64,000 bases of DNA from Cycas panzhihuaensis (taxonomy: Eukaryota; Plantae; Cycadophyta). How positions within the stretch are numbered: the stretch's first letter is position 1; every line of letters starts with the position of its first letter. The stretch is taken from NCBI GenBank assembly GCA_023213395.1, contig CM041465.1, forward strand, positions 102,183,741 through 102,247,740, read 5' to 3'. Of the stretch, positions 26,401-41,303 are shown piece after piece. Position numbers and translations under genes: made by a program. The notes beneath the pieces are model-generated. The model searched no databases. It was given only the letters and a program-made list of their open reading frames with translations, and had not been told where the DNA came from.

Positions 26401-28380
26401 ATCTTGGGATATCCTTTATCATCCACATACTCCATAACCTTATTATAAGGATACAATTTACCTTAATATCCTTCCAACTAGCCAGGACCAATTATGGTAT
26501 CATAATTCCCAAGTGGCAATACTTGAAAGGTTATGTGACTATTCTATCCTTCCCATTCTAAATTAGAGTTTGGGATGAATTTAGTCACTATCTTCTTATT
26601 TTCATTTACCATAAGAACATCCCATGTATCCTTATATTTGGTGGGATTGGGCTTACATCACCCCATAATTCCAGGTGATATAAAATTATGACTACTACCT
26701 AAATCAATCAATATGGAAATGACTTGGTCAAAGATTTTACCTTGTTCATGCACCATGATAGATTGGTGGTTTATTTGTCAATCATTCATCATTGCATACA
26801 CTTATATTGACCCCCTATCTATGACTATATACATCACTATTAGTTTCATCTCCATGTTGTAGGATCTACCTCTTATATTTTATCTTTTTGGGTACTTTAG
26901 TATATAATGTCCTTTTTCACTATATTGAGAACAAGTGCTATGGAGGGGCGTTTTTAAGAAATTTACCATAGGTGTAATTAGATATTTACACCCTTTGAAT
27001 CTAATTATTATTCCTTACAACTTATCAAGGAGGAGGCGGATGAAATCCCCTTTTCTATTGTTCTTACTTTTATAAAAGTATGTCTTGCCATCCAAGGTAG
27101 TTTATTTTGTCACTAGGCCCATTGGTCTTTACAATGCCTTACCTTCCTAATTGCTTCTTCTAAGATGTTTTGCTCTAAAATCTTAATTTAACCTTAGATT
27201 GCCTCCTTCTATCCATTTATGAATCTACCTACCTTTATATTTTCCTCCTGTATATAAGGGACATATTTTAGAAGGTTTATAAATTCCTTCTCATATTCTT
27301 CAATCCTTAATATAACTTACTTTAGCTCATGGAAGGCATATGTTTTCTTTTTAAAATAGTTTACTGATAGATACTTTTATTGGAAGTATTTACATAACTT
27401 ATTCCATCATAACTCCTTTTTTCTAATGTTCTTTATCTTCTTATAATGTTCCCACTAGAAAGATGCACTTTTGGTAAGGTTATAAATTGCAAACATGTCT
27501 TCTCATTAGAAGTAAAACTATTGAGCTGAAAATATTTCTTTATGCTTACTAGCCATGCTTTAACTTCATTACCTTTCTTGATTTTCTCATTAAAAGTAAT
27601 GGCCTAGACTTCTAAAATTTAAATTAAAAGCTTATTCTCTTAGAATTATTTCATCTTAACCTCTTAATTCTGGAATATGATATAGAATATGAGAGTTTAG
27701 ATTCACTAAATTTATCTCTTTTTACTTCCACTACTCTTATTAGCATGTCATATTTTGGCCTTTTTGCTAGTATTTTCTTTGGATGAATACTCTTATGGCT
27801 TTTGTTAAGACCCTCATATCCTAACCCTTTATTAGTATAGGATATTAGTAGTAATATAATAATAGCACATATTCCATTATAATGGCAATGCCCATTTTAT
27901 AATCCCACATGTACTAGTAGTAGGATAACATGAGTAGCATTTTAGTATATAAAGAATGCTTGTAATAAAGAGGGGCATCAAATAATGTTATAAGAGAGAT
28001 CTACTCATAGGAGGTTGCCCCCTCAAAGAGGCCCACGATTATAAGTTCTTGTGATTTAATAAAGCTTCTTAAGATTTTCATATATATGTTTATTTTTTTT
28101 AGGATTTGTAGTGGAAATATATACTAACTGGTATCAGAGCACTTTCTAGCACTGATTCTATGCTAAAAGTTTTAGTAGCCTCTTTCAATTACCTACCATA
28201 TGCTCTCACCTCACCTACTTAAGATCTTAGTGATAAAATTAAAAAGTAGTGAAAGGGGCAAGTTACTACAAGCTACAAGTGAATATTTCAATGAAGGTCT
28301 CTCATCTAATAATATTCATTTCCATCCTTCTCTTTCGTCTTGTTATCTCTATAATTATCAATGGTAGATAACTGTGCTTG

Positions 28381-28791
28381 TCACCTACCTTTTTGACTAA
28401 GCTAAATATCCTATATTAGGGGTCTCTAATAATTGCAACAAGCTATCATTCTTAGTCTAGTACGCTTGCATGTGAAAGAATGTGTTTCAGGTTTTAAACA
28501 ATGACTGGCATGGTATTAAACTTCCACACATCTTGCATATATCAAAAGACCTTTATAGGTATTTCTAGACCAACCCTAGATAGGAAGCCTTTGGTGTCTA
28601 TCATCTATAATGCACTAGTAAGTGATTAGTCTTGGGAAGTTACTCTCCACATACCCTAGAAATTAAGTAGTACAACTATAAGGTAGAGTGTTAGCCTCTA
28701 TAGTTAATACTATTTATGATTGAGACTACTATATTAGAGGTCTATAGATAAAACACTCCTTATACCTAGATTAGAAACCCTTTTTCTCCAT
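28381..28791 (-). pseudogene. Decayed antisense ORF in the 5' leader of element A, unknown protein
   Basis: A single frame MEKKGF*SRYKECFIYRPLI...VESNFPRLITY*CIIDD...TYKGLLIY...MIACCNY*RPLI*DI*LSQ aligns with the leader frame of element B. Confidence 0.6.
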
Positions 28792-30308
28792 CCCACTTTG
28801 CCTTCTATAAAATTATGATAGAACATAAATTCATATAGAACAAAGCAAATACAGTTCTATGTGGTAGAAAGGGTTTCTAGACAAAATAGAATAGAGATTT
28901 TGGACATGCTAGAGTAGATCTATTTGGTAGCAATGATTTTTTAGTAGACAAAAAATTTAGAACCAAATCTTAATATCCAAGAGGAATTTTGACCTCTACT
29001 CTAAATCAGACTCAATAAGAGGCATTATAAAAAAATCACTCTGGGAGTCATATCTTTATTTTAGATGCTTTGTTTGCCCTAAAACTTTACTAAATTATCT
29101 AAAATTTCATTTTAGATATTTTACTCTTAAGGGCCCCTGGCCAAATTCTAAACTAATTTTCTAGATTTTCCACATTAGTGATTTTCCTTCTATTTGTCAT
29201 AACTCTTCAAGTATTACTCAAATTACCTTTAAATTTTGGCTACAGTAAGATTTTATCATTCTAGACAAAAGACCATTTTTCATCAGTTTGCTAATTTTTT
29301 AGCATAAGTGACCAAATTCCCTTACAAGAACCTACACCTAACTAGGAGATCCCTAAACCTTTAAAAAATCTCTAATACTCCTATTTGTGTAGCTCGTTTG
29401 ATTGAAGCCTCTTACTAAAAAAATTTTTATTTGTCATTTTCTACCCTTTGAAAAACTAAATAAAAAATAAAAAAAAATAAAATTACCATGGCAGTTAGAA
29501 GATGATCTAAGGGCTATGACAAAATTCACAGTCGATGAAAATTAAAGTCATTTGAGAAAAAATAGGCCTGATGGATACTATGGCCAAGGACATTCATAAC
29601 CTACGTAATATGTTAATGGGGATGGATACTAAACTATTAGCATTCATATAGTCATAACAAATAATACAATAGGTAGGATCAATAAGTGCCCAAAACTAAT
29701 AGTCTAATGCCCAAAATGGGCCCATGCAAACCATATGTTAAATGCTAGGCATTTTGCCCCATACAATCAAAATTAATTTCCCAGGGTTTGATGGTGATGT
29801 TTTAGCTAGTTGGATTTACAGGGTTGAATAATACTTCTAATTAAATCAAATATTAAATACCCAAAAGGTCGTGCTTGCCTCCTTTCACTTGGAATATGAG
29901 GCCATCTAATGGTATCAATGGTTAGAATGAACTACAAGAACACCCACTTAGAGTGACTTTTATACTTAACTGCTAGTAAGATTTAGGCCAAACACTTATG
30001 AAGACTTTACAAGAGCATTGATAAAACTTAAACAAATACATTCAGTTCGAGCATACCAGGTCAGTCTAAAAAGCTTATAAATCAAACTACTAGTCTAATA
30101 GAGGCTTTTTTCGTAAGTTGCTTCATCATTGGCTTAAAGGAGGACTTATAAGTAGAAGTCAAAATATTCAATCCGAAGACCATGTCAGAAGTAATAAGGT
30201 TAGTAAGGCTAGTAGAAGATCAAGTTATAACACACAGATAACAAAACCACTTGCCATTTTGGAATCCACTATTGTAAAATTGCCATCTACAACACCTTCC
30301 AAACCATA

Positions 30309-33300
30309 TGTAACATAATCCTAGCTTTATAAGCATTAGTAAGTGGGAACCACCAAAGGGTTAAGTATTGATGTTAGCTATTAAGTTTTATGCATGGGCC
30401 ATTAAGCCCTCTAATAAGATGTAAGACCATTAAGGCTACCAATAGGATCACAAGAAGGAGACCCCCCTTGTGTCTATTTAAAGATTAAAGATCACTTGTA
30501 AAGATGTTGACTATTATTATTATTATTTAGAAGAGAAAGTACTTTAGTAATCCTCTTTGATTCTCATTATGTTTTTGTGTGATATATTTTGGGTGATCTA
30601 TTCTAAATAAGTGTGCAATCATCTTCTTGTGTCCCATTTACATTATATTTGCAAGGTTGATTTCTAGAAGACACACTCTAAGTGGTATTAGAACCTAGCT
30701 CAATAACTCTACGGAAGTGTTCTAGGAGTAGGAAAAAGGGGAATTTTTTTTCCCCTCATGATATTAATAACTCTTCTCTTACAAAAATTTATTTAGTTTC
30801 CAGTCATCTCCATTTTTTGTACTTTTAGTTTTTAAATATTTCTATTCAAATTTGCTCCTTCCCTCTCTCTCCTCAAGTAGATAACTCTAATTAGTAACTA
30901 CTTGATTTAGTTACAGACCCTATATCAAGGGTCTGTAAAAATCACAAGGATCTATCATTTGGGCTAAGCATATTGTGGCTTTTCTGCTCTTATGTGAAGG
31001 ACTTTAATTGAGTATGCTGAATTAATTCTAGATAAAACTTAGCTATGGACTTATGACTCCATATATTTTTAGGTATATGAGAGGACCCCCATAGGCTCCC
31101 TCTCTATCTTAGCATAGGCAACCCTTTAATGGTTTATCCTCTATGATACATGGGTTAACAATTAACACCTAATAATTACTCTGTACTAATATCTCTATAT
31201 GGTTGTAGACCTTATGAAGATGGTCTTTCCTTTGTAGGTAGTGCCCTAAGATATTGGGCTGAGCTACAACATCGACAAAGAAGTTTATCATAGGGTATAT
31301 AGAATTAAACACATCTTTATTAAGTGTTTGGTAGGCTTCCAAAAAAAAAATCAACCCTGTTAAGCACATACTTAGAAAGCAAAAGATATAACTTTGTAAA
31401 TATTAATTAGAATTAAAAATGACTTAAATAATTGAATTCACCTTTAAATAATAATAATAATAAAATTATTATTAAAATTCATGCATCTTATTTTGATCAT
31501 CACATTGTTTTGATCATTTTGTACTAGGTCAATTTTTAGAGATAGTGACATCCAAGTTGCCAGTGGGCCTTGCCACTTAAATTTCTCCCTTAAAATTTAT
31601 CTACCCCATTTTAACAAGTTCTTCGTGCTCATCCAAGTGAACTAGATATCATTCTTATGTAAATTTTAGGGTCAACAGATTATAGACAACCCATGTACCC
31701 TCTTTTTCCCTCCTCCCTTCTCTACCCGAGCTATCTTTTATAATATCTCCCTATTCCTTAGATCTCCTTCTTTCTTATGCTTTCCTATTTTGTATACTTC
31801 CTTTCTTTCTACTTATTCTTGCTCCTTTCAACCCATTCTACATTTTTGATGGCACATATACAAGGAGGAAAGATCGTGGATCTCAAGCAAGAATTTAAGA
31901 GTTTCAAACAATACATATCGACATAAATATCTAACTTTCCTTCAACAACAAACATTTTTAATATGATTGCTGAAATGCTACAAAATTAGTCCCAAATCAT
32001 AGGAACATCAAACGCGATAAACAATGCTCCTCCATCTTTCTAAGGAAGCAATACAGGTCACCCACCAAGGAAACTACCCTTCCACCATAAGATTAACATC
32101 CCCACTTTTGATCTAGATTTAAATAGAGAAAACATTCTTAGTTGGATTAGTAAGCTAAAATCCCACTTCACACTCAATCTAATGTCTAAAGAGGATCAAC
32201 TCCCATATGCCTCCATCCATGTAGATGGTCAATCCCATCACCGGTTCAATTGGTGGAAATAAGAATATCCTCAAATCAAATATGGTCACATTTCACAAGC
32301 TAATTCTTTGAATAATATGAGGACATATGGAGCTAGTCCTTCTTCACTCAACTCATATGGCTTAAGCAAATATTGATAATGGAGACTTTCACTAATGGAT
32401 TCCAAGCCTTATATAATTGTTCTCCCTAAAGTCAAAGATTGGATAAACAGATAGTGATCAACATTTATATGGCCAGACTTTAGGATTATATCCAAATATG
32501 ACTCAAGACAATGGAAGTAAACTCCCTTAAGGATGCCTTTAAATCGGCCCCAGTAGTGGAGGCCAAATTTATAACTAACAAACCTCCATCCACTCGAAGG
32601 GATAACCCTTATTTTTTAAGGCCTCCACAATTAGACTTTCAACAACCACAACTCTAATTTGATGATATCATTCATTCACAATCTGATTTTTCACATCCTA
32701 GACTGCAACAGGATGATCCCACCCACTCGACTACTAATTGGCACGTTGAAGACCCCTCCGCTAAATGGGTTTAAATTTCCTAAGATGAAGCACCATGTCA
32801 AATAGAGCTAGCCTCTATATGCAATGCATAAAAAAGTGGACTCATAGGCATGGTTGTATCTATAAGGTGCAATTCATAGTCTTTTCAATTAACCCTTCCC
32901 TATCCCTTGAAGAATCCTTAGATTCTGATTCTAAACATGAGGCTAGCGATAAAATCTAAGAAGACCCTACCCTAAACCCACATCTTGGAGTTTCATTATT
33001 AATTATCACCTCCACTTCTTACTCTGAACCCTTGCAGGTTAAGGGCATTCTCCATAAGACTCTAATGTCAATTCTAATTAATACTAGTGCATCACTTAAT
33101 TTTCTTGATATCTCTTTATCTTGACAACTTAATCTCTATATAGTCCTAAAAACTAACTTCACTTACTCCTTGCTAGGGTACTAGAAGCTCCATTATGCTG
33201 GTGTTATTGAAAATCTCTAGGTCCATATCGATACTTATCTTTTGGTCTTATACTTCTACACATTATCTATAGGAGGGTCTAATGCTATCTTTAGGATCCA

Positions 33301-36300
33301 ATGGCTACAAACCTTAGGGACTTATAGTATGAATAACTCACCCACAAATACATTCATCACATTTAAAGATTAAATGGGTAGGGTGCATAAAATCTATGTG
33401 ATATAATCCCTTAAAAACCAAGTGGTTTTACTAAGACACATGAAATGACACCTTCAATCCCATGTTGGGTATATAGTTTACCTCAATGACATTTAGGTTG
33501 AACCACCAATTCACCTACATATCTATGATGTCTTTATTAAATAAGATAGGTATTAGCCCCCTTGCCTACCACTATCCCACTTGATTATGGTTTTTGTCTC
33601 ATAATCAAACTCTAATCTAATCATGACACTATCAGCCTAAGGCCTTACTACAATTCTTACTTTCAAAAAAATGAAATTGAGAGACTCACTATCAAACTCA
33701 TGTACATAGGTATAATCCAACCAAGTAAAAGCCCTTACGTGGCTTTAATAGTCTTAGCTAAGAAGAAAGATAACTCCTTTTACCTCTATGTAGATTATAA
33801 GGAACTCAATAAGATTACCATAAAAAATAAGTTCTCCACTTTGTAGATAATTAGCATGTTAGATGAAATTCATGGGGCTGCTATCTTTTCTATGCTTGAT
33901 TTATAATCTGGTTACTATCAAATCATGATTGCCCTATAGGATTACCATAATATGGTATTTCAAATATATCACAACTACTTCAAGCTCTAAGTGATGTATT
34001 TTGGCCTTTATAACACACTTGTTACCTTCCAAGTTCTCAAGAATAAGATTTTTTGCCCCTATCTCTAAAAATTGATCATCATCTTCTTTGATAATATCCT
34101 CATTTATAGCTCCTACTTGGACCACCATATTCACCACCTAGAACTCATTCTTCAAAAACTACACTGATACTGATTGTATGTGAAACTTTCTAAGTGCAAG
34201 TTTGGGAAACCAAAACTTTAATACTTGGGGTATATCATATCATTGGACAAGTTATAAGTAGATCCTAATAAAATATCCATCATTACTACTTGGTCAATGC
34301 CAACCATCCTTAACCAATTACAAGTATTCCTTGGCCTCATAGGATTTTATTGTTGTTTTGTATAAAACTATGCCTCCCTCACTATCCCCTTAGCCAACCT
34401 ACTCTACAAAGATGTCTTTTTGTAGTCTTCGTTGGCCAATGCCTCTTTCTCCCATCTCAAAGTAGTAATGACCTCTACTCTAGTTCTCATCACTCTTAAT
34501 TTTACCTAGCCCTTCTAACTTGAATATGATACCTCCAAATTTATCCTAGGTATGGTCCTTATTCAAGACTCCCACCTTATTACATTTAAAAGAAAAGAAA
34601 TTAAAAGATCATGATATTCACCTTTCTACATATTAGAAGGAGATGAAATCTATTCTACATGTTATTGACAAATGGTGGAAATACATATTAGGCTTTAAAT
34701 TTACTATTCTCATAGATCACCATAGCCTTCATAGTATATTAGATTAGCTAGTTCTATGTGAAGAAGAAGCTAAGTAGGTTGACTATCTATAGGTCTTTGA
34801 ATTTACAATATATTATAAGAAAGGTAAAGACAATATGGTTGCAGATACTCTTTCACATCTGCATCCTAATTCTAGTACCCCTAACCCTAGTCTTCATGCT
34901 ATATTTAAGCCTCAACCCTTTGGCTTTATGAATTTTAGGTTAAAAACTAGGCCTAGCCTAACTATTCTTATTAGAGTGAAAAAGTTTTCACCTACAAAGG
35001 TTGGTTAACCCATAACAACCATCTACTCTTTTGAAATTGCATCTTCATACATCCATCGTCCTCATTCATCCCTTGAATCTTAACAAAATACCACCCTAAC
35101 CCGCTTAGGGACCACTTAGGATTTGATAAAACTTATTAACATATCTGTGCCAATTTCTTTTGGCCCCATATGAAGCCTACCATCTTCACTTTCAATCAGA
35201 GTATGGCACGTATTAATGAAATAAGGTAGATACCAAAGCTCTTTTGAGACTTCTCTAACCATTATATATTCTGTAAGGTAAGTAGTGAGATATTACCATA
35301 GATGTTATCATGAGCTTACCTATATCTGCTAGGTTTAATTCTATTTTTGGTTGTCATTGATAGATTAACCAAGTATTCACACTTCCTTCTAGTTCACACC
35401 TTATATACATCTTCTTATCTTACTAATTTATATATCCAATTCATATTTTACCTTCACGATTTTTCCTTAACCATTGTCTATGATTGGGATCTCAAGTTCA
35501 CTAGTTCCTTTTGGAAAATAATATTTTAAGGCTGTAGGAACCTTATTCAATATGAGTTCTAGTTACCATCCTCAAATATATGGCCAATCTGAGGTCTTGA
35601 ACAAAACTCTAGAAACATACCTATGCTATTTTACCTTAGAACACCAAGCTAAGTAGACTTCTTAGCTTTTCTTCGTAAAATACTAGTATAACTCCTCTTA
35701 CCACTCAACCATTGGTACTTTATGGGTATCACCCCCCTTCCCACCATACCTTGGCTACCAACCTTTAAACTACCTCAGTATGATAAAAGCTTCAAGAGAT
35801 GGACCAAATCCCCCATACCCTTCAACAAAATTTGACCACTACCTAAAATTGCATTAAGTAACTCATCAACTACTACTGGTCGAATTAGTCTTTTGACATT
35901 GGAGATCTTGTGTTCCTTTATCTTTAACCATATAAATAACAATCTCTTAAGTCTCATCAAGGTTATAAACTAAGCCCATATTATTACAGTCCCTATAAAG
36001 TCCTTCGTAAAATTGGTAAAGTCACCTATGCTCTTGAACTTCCTCTAGACACCAATATTTATAATATATTTCACATCTCTTATCTAAAAAACTGCATGGG
36101 AACTAAAGCTACTCCCTATGCCACCCTACATATTCTCACTGATGAGAAAACCCTCACAATCCTACTAACTGAATCCTCATCAATTGCCAACACTGCCTCC
36201 AAAATCACACTATTGTTTAGCATTTGGTATAGTGGGTCAGTTATGATGTAGATGAAGCAACTTAGGAATTTGATGAGTTTGTTCAATAATATCCTCACCT

Positions 36301-36706
36301 CTAATGATAAAGGACTTAATGTCTCAAAGGAAGGGACTTATAATATAACCCTGCCTTCATAAGCATTAGTAAGTGAGAACTGCCAAAGGGTTAAGTATTA
36401 ATATTAGCTATTAAGCTTTATGCACAGGTCGTGAAGCCCTTCAATAAGATGTAAGGCCATTAAGGTTGCTAATAGGATCACAATAAGGATACCCCCCTTG
36501 TGTCTATATAAAGATTAAAGATCACTTATAAAGATGTTGACTATTATTATCATTTAGAAGAGAAGTACTTCACTACTCTCCTTTGGTGCTCATTATGTTT
36601 TTATATGATCTGTTCTAAGTAATCTATTTTGAATAAGTATGCAATCATCTTTTCGTCTCCCATTTGTATTATATTTGCAAGGCTAATTTCTAAAAGGCAT
36701 GCTCCA
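30309..36706 (+). mobile_element. Reina-like chromovirus B, inserted in the gag of element A
   Basis: LTRs 30309-30680 and 36339-36706; PBS remnant TGGTATTAGAAC at 30683-30694; PPT AAAGGAAGGGA; TSD CCATA/CCATG; decayed gag-pol at about 31849-36335. Confidence 0.92.
30842..31369 (-). pseudogene. Decayed antisense ORF in the 5' leader of element B, unknown protein
   Basis: The 66-aa open frame (31169-31369) continues in frame through scattered stops: VLIVNPCIIEDK...AYGGPLIY...MIDPCDFYRPLI*GL*LNQ. Confidence 0.6.
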
Positions 36707-39700
36707 CCATGGCAGGTTGAATAACTTACCCTAGAAGAGATGTGTAAACACAAGGAACAAGGACTCTACTAGAACTATGATTAGAAATTTGGTCTTAATC
36801 ACTGATATAAAGAGCAACAACTATAGATGTGAAGAATTTGTTGAGGCATAGGAAGAAGAAGTAACTCACAAGGACACAAATCCCTAAGATGAACTAATGC
36901 TTAAAATTTCACTGCATGTAATGGTTGGCTTTCATACCCCTCAGATTATGAAAATCAAAGGCCATTTCAAATGATAAATGATGATTGTCCTCATAGACTC
37001 GAGGAGCACACATAGCTTTATAGATACTAAGATTATCAAGCTAATAGATTATTTTGTATACCTATGTAATAATTTTAAAGTAATGATCACTAATGAAGGT
37101 AAACTAGCTTGTAAAGGTAAATGTCGCAATGTTAAAATTAGCATGGGGTATTATTTTCTAAAGATAGATATATATCCACTCTCTTTAGGGGGATGTGATG
37201 TGGTGTTAAGCACATAATGTTTATATACCTTAGTTCTAATTCTTTGGGATTTTTAACAATTGTGGATGCAATTCATCGTAGATGAATGCCAATATATATT
37301 AAGGGACTCCAAGTAGGTCTCACACTAGTTATTAGTTCCTATTACATAGAGAAGCTGATAATAAAAGGATCTTATGAAACGGTGGCCCAACTTTGCTCCT
37401 TAATAATAACTAGTAATACTAAACCTGACATACCATAAGATCTTCATGCACTATTAACCAAAGATGAGCACCTATTTGATAAACTAAATGGGCTTATCAT
37501 TGATGATTGGACCATGCCATTCAATTACTTCTAGGAAGTTAACCACTAAATAGTAGGCCATACCAATATCTTTACCTCTAAAAGACTAAGATCAAGAAAT
37601 TAGTGGATGAAATTCTACAAGCAGGGGTTATCCAACGAAGCATAAGTCCTTATTCCTCTCCTCTGATCTTGGTGTGGAAGAAAGATAGTTCATGGAGAAT
37701 GTGTGTAAATTTTAGGGCCTTTAACAAGTTGATAATCAAAGACAAGTTTCTTATTCTAGTTATTGAAGAGTTTCTAAATGAGTTACATGGAGCTCATTTC
37801 ATTTTCAGGATGGACCTTAAATTAGGGTATCACTAGATTTATCTTCAATAGGAAGACATTCCAAAGATAGCCTTTCACATACATGAGGGGCACTTCGAAT
37901 TCTTGGTCACGTCATTTAGCCTCAGAAATGCTCCATCCACATCCAAAGTCTAATGGAATAGATTCTTTGAATATATCTTTTCAAGTTTTTATTGGTTTTC
38001 ATTAATGACATTTTGATTTATAACCACTTATAGAAGGAATACCTCCAACACTTAGATAAGACATTCTAGGTCCTCCAAGACAATCATCCTTTTGTGAAAC
38101 AGTCCAAATATGTCTTTAGACAAACCAAAGTAGAGTATTTGGGGCACATTATATCCATTGATGGTGTCAAGGCTAATCTGAGAAAAATAGAAGACATGGT
38201 GAATTGACCACTTCCCAAAATATTTCAAAGCCTTAGAGGGTTTTAAAAACTCACATGCTACTATAGGAGGTTTATTCATAGTTATAGAAAAATTATAGTA
38301 CCCCTCATAACCCTACTAAAAAAATCAAGCATTTTAAGAGACTTTAGTAGCATAGGAAGCCTTCACTCTCCTCGAACAAGCCATGTGTACCACTCTAGTT
38401 CTATCCATATAAGATTTTTTTAAACTATTTATTATTTAGAGCAATGTTTGAGGTATAAGAATTGGTATAATTCTCATGCAGGAGGGATAACACTTGGCCT
38501 TTACAAGTCATGCCTTGTCTGGTAAAAATCTTGCATGCTTTATATATAAGAAGGAAATGCTCACCATCCTCCATGCCATGAATCACTGTTGACCTTATCT
38601 CATTGGATGTTACTTTATTATCAATACAGATCATGCAAGTCTCAAATACATCTTAAAGTAGCACATCTTGACACTTGAGTAGTAAAAGCAGGTCACCAAG
38701 TTACTTAGATAGGATTATGAAATTATCTACAAGAAAGGCAAGGAGAGTGTGGTGGCAGATGCTCTCTCTTGATGATTTGAAGACCAAGCTACCCTCCAAG
38801 CCATGTCATCTCCCATCCCCAAATGGCTATAAGACATCTAGAAGGAGTATCAAAGGGATACCTCAATTCAAAATCTTATTCAATAATTGCACTTGGCAGT
38901 AGATCATAAACCTGGTTACATATGGGATGTCCAGTATCTTTATTATAAGAGTTGAATTATAATGATCCCAAATTCTACTTCTAAATTATAGATTTTAATG
39001 GAGTTACATGCTTCACCTATAGCTGGACATTCAGGGTTTCTAAAGACTTATGAAAGGCCTACTCAAATTTTTTATTAAATAGGCACGAAGGGTGATATCT
39101 AAAAGTTCCTAGCTAAATTTGACATTTGTCAACAAAAAAAAGATGAAATAGTAGCCACACTAGGGTTTCTCTAGACATTGAAGGATTACCTAATTCAGGA
39201 GGAAAACCAATAATCTTGGTTGTCATGGATCGACTCTCCAAGTATGCTTACTTCTTGGCCTTGACTCACCCTTATAAAATAACAATGGTGACATAAGTGT
39301 TTATCAATTAGATCTTTTACTTGCATGGCATTCTTATTTCCATCATCACTGATCGTGATCCCACCTTCACCAATAAGTTTTGGCCAGAGTTTTTCAAGTT
39401 GTAAGGGACCACCTTGAAGATGAGTGCAATGTATTACCCACAAATAGATGGCCAAATAGAGGTTTTTAATAAAGACATCTAGATGTACCTTTAGTGTTTT
39501 GCATCAACCAAGCCATTCCATTGAGTGCATTTGTTACCATTGGCTAAATGGTAGTAGAACACCACCTTTTACACAATTAAAAAAATAACACCTTATGAGG
39601 TTGTCTATGGGTAACCACTTCTTATAATATCTTCTTACATCTCTGGGAGTGCATGAGTATAAGCAATAGACTCTACTAATAAGGATAGAGCTGACATTCT

Positions 39701-41303
39701 CATAACTCTTAAAGAGAACCTCCACATAGTTTAACATAAGATGAAACAAAAAGTTGATCGACATAGAATGGAATGTGAATTCTGTGTGGGTGATATGGTT
39801 TTTTTAAGACTTCAACCATATCACTAGACCTTTTTAAATATGAAAGGCTCTTAAAAATTAGCTTCAAGATTCTATGGGCATTACAAGCTAGAGTAATACA
39901 TGGGGACTACAACTTATAAATTGACACTTCCACCTTTGTAAAAAATCCACCTTGTGTTCTACATATCTTACTTAAAGAAAGTATTAGAGAATAATATAAC
40001 AACACAAACATAATTACTAGAGTTCATAGATGATGGCTCTTTACTTCTTGTTCTCAATACTATTCTAAATTAGTAGATATACTAACTTCAACACCGTGCT
40101 ATCACAGAGGTATTAGTCCATTGGAAAGACTTGCAACCTAAGGATACCACTTAGGAACCACTTCATCAAATTTAATAGGACTATCCATAATTCAAGCTTT
40201 TAGGGCAAAGCTTTTCGAAGGAGGGAGTCATGTTAGGACCCTCATGTCCTAACCCTTTATTAATATAGGATGGTAGTTGTTAGTACTAGTAATATAATGA
40301 TAGTATATATTCCATTATAAAGGCAATGCCCATTTTGTAATCCCACATGTACTAGTAGTAGGATATAGAGTAACATCTTAGTATATAAGGAATGTTTTTA
40401 AGAAGGAGGGGCATTGAAGAATGTTATAAGAGAGTTCCACTCATAGGAGGTTGCCCCCTCAAAGAGGTCCATGGTTGTAAGTTCTTCTGATTTAATAAAG
40501 CATCTTGAGATATTTGTGTATATTGTGTTCTTTTTAAGATTTATAGTGGCAAAAGTATACCAACTTCCCTTTTCTACCATTGTTATGGATATTTGTATGT
40601 CTCTCTATTTAATCATGTTTTAAAGTTCTCTAAATGTTTATAAGTGTTATATTATGCTCATTTAAGATTTGTTCATTGTCCTCTTTATGGCTTCAAATGT
40701 GCTCTTATAGATTGTAAATTATCATAACTAGTTATATCAAGGACATCTTAGTCAAATCTTCTTTCTTTTATTGTTGTTGAATTTTTGTAATGCTATTTCT
40801 TATATTCTTGGTTATCTTGACTAAAATAACCATATTATATGTCTACCATCATCTTGATTTCCTTATTTTCTTTATAATAGTAGTTTTATAAAAAAAGTAT
40901 AAGATGGTATAAAATTAAGTTTTATATATGAAACAAAAAACTCCAAAATATTGCATTCAATCTTAATGTTAATTCATGAGGCTGATTAAAGTATTCATAG
41001 AAAAGTTACTTGACCTTACTATTTTGGGATTTTCTCAAAGAAATTTTACTTCTTTCCTTTTTTTTATTTAAAAAAATAGTTGAGGTTAACTAGGGTTTCT
41101 CCACTTAGTACTCGATTTATTAAGTTGATCCATGACATGTACTTCACCTTTCTATGAGTTCTCAACTCATATAACACTTAAATCCATGGTAATATTTTAG
41201 GTGCTAAAATGACCCATAAGCTTAAAAAGGAATTTCACCTCATATATTAACATTGTAACTTGGGTTATATTGAGCTTTGAACCTTTTTTTCTTTGATACT
41301 ACT

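Larger units (their letters stand above)
27803..40562 (+). mobile_element. Reina/IFG7-like chromovirus A, inserted in the Tekay gag region
   Basis: LTRs 27803-28126 and 40231-40562; PBS TGGTATCAGAGC at 28129-28140; PPT at 40217-40230; decayed TSD GCTTT/ACTTC; gag from 29488; PR VLIDSRSTHSFID; RT SPYSSPLILVWKKDSSWRMC; chromodomain EVLVHWKDLQP. Confidence 0.92.
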
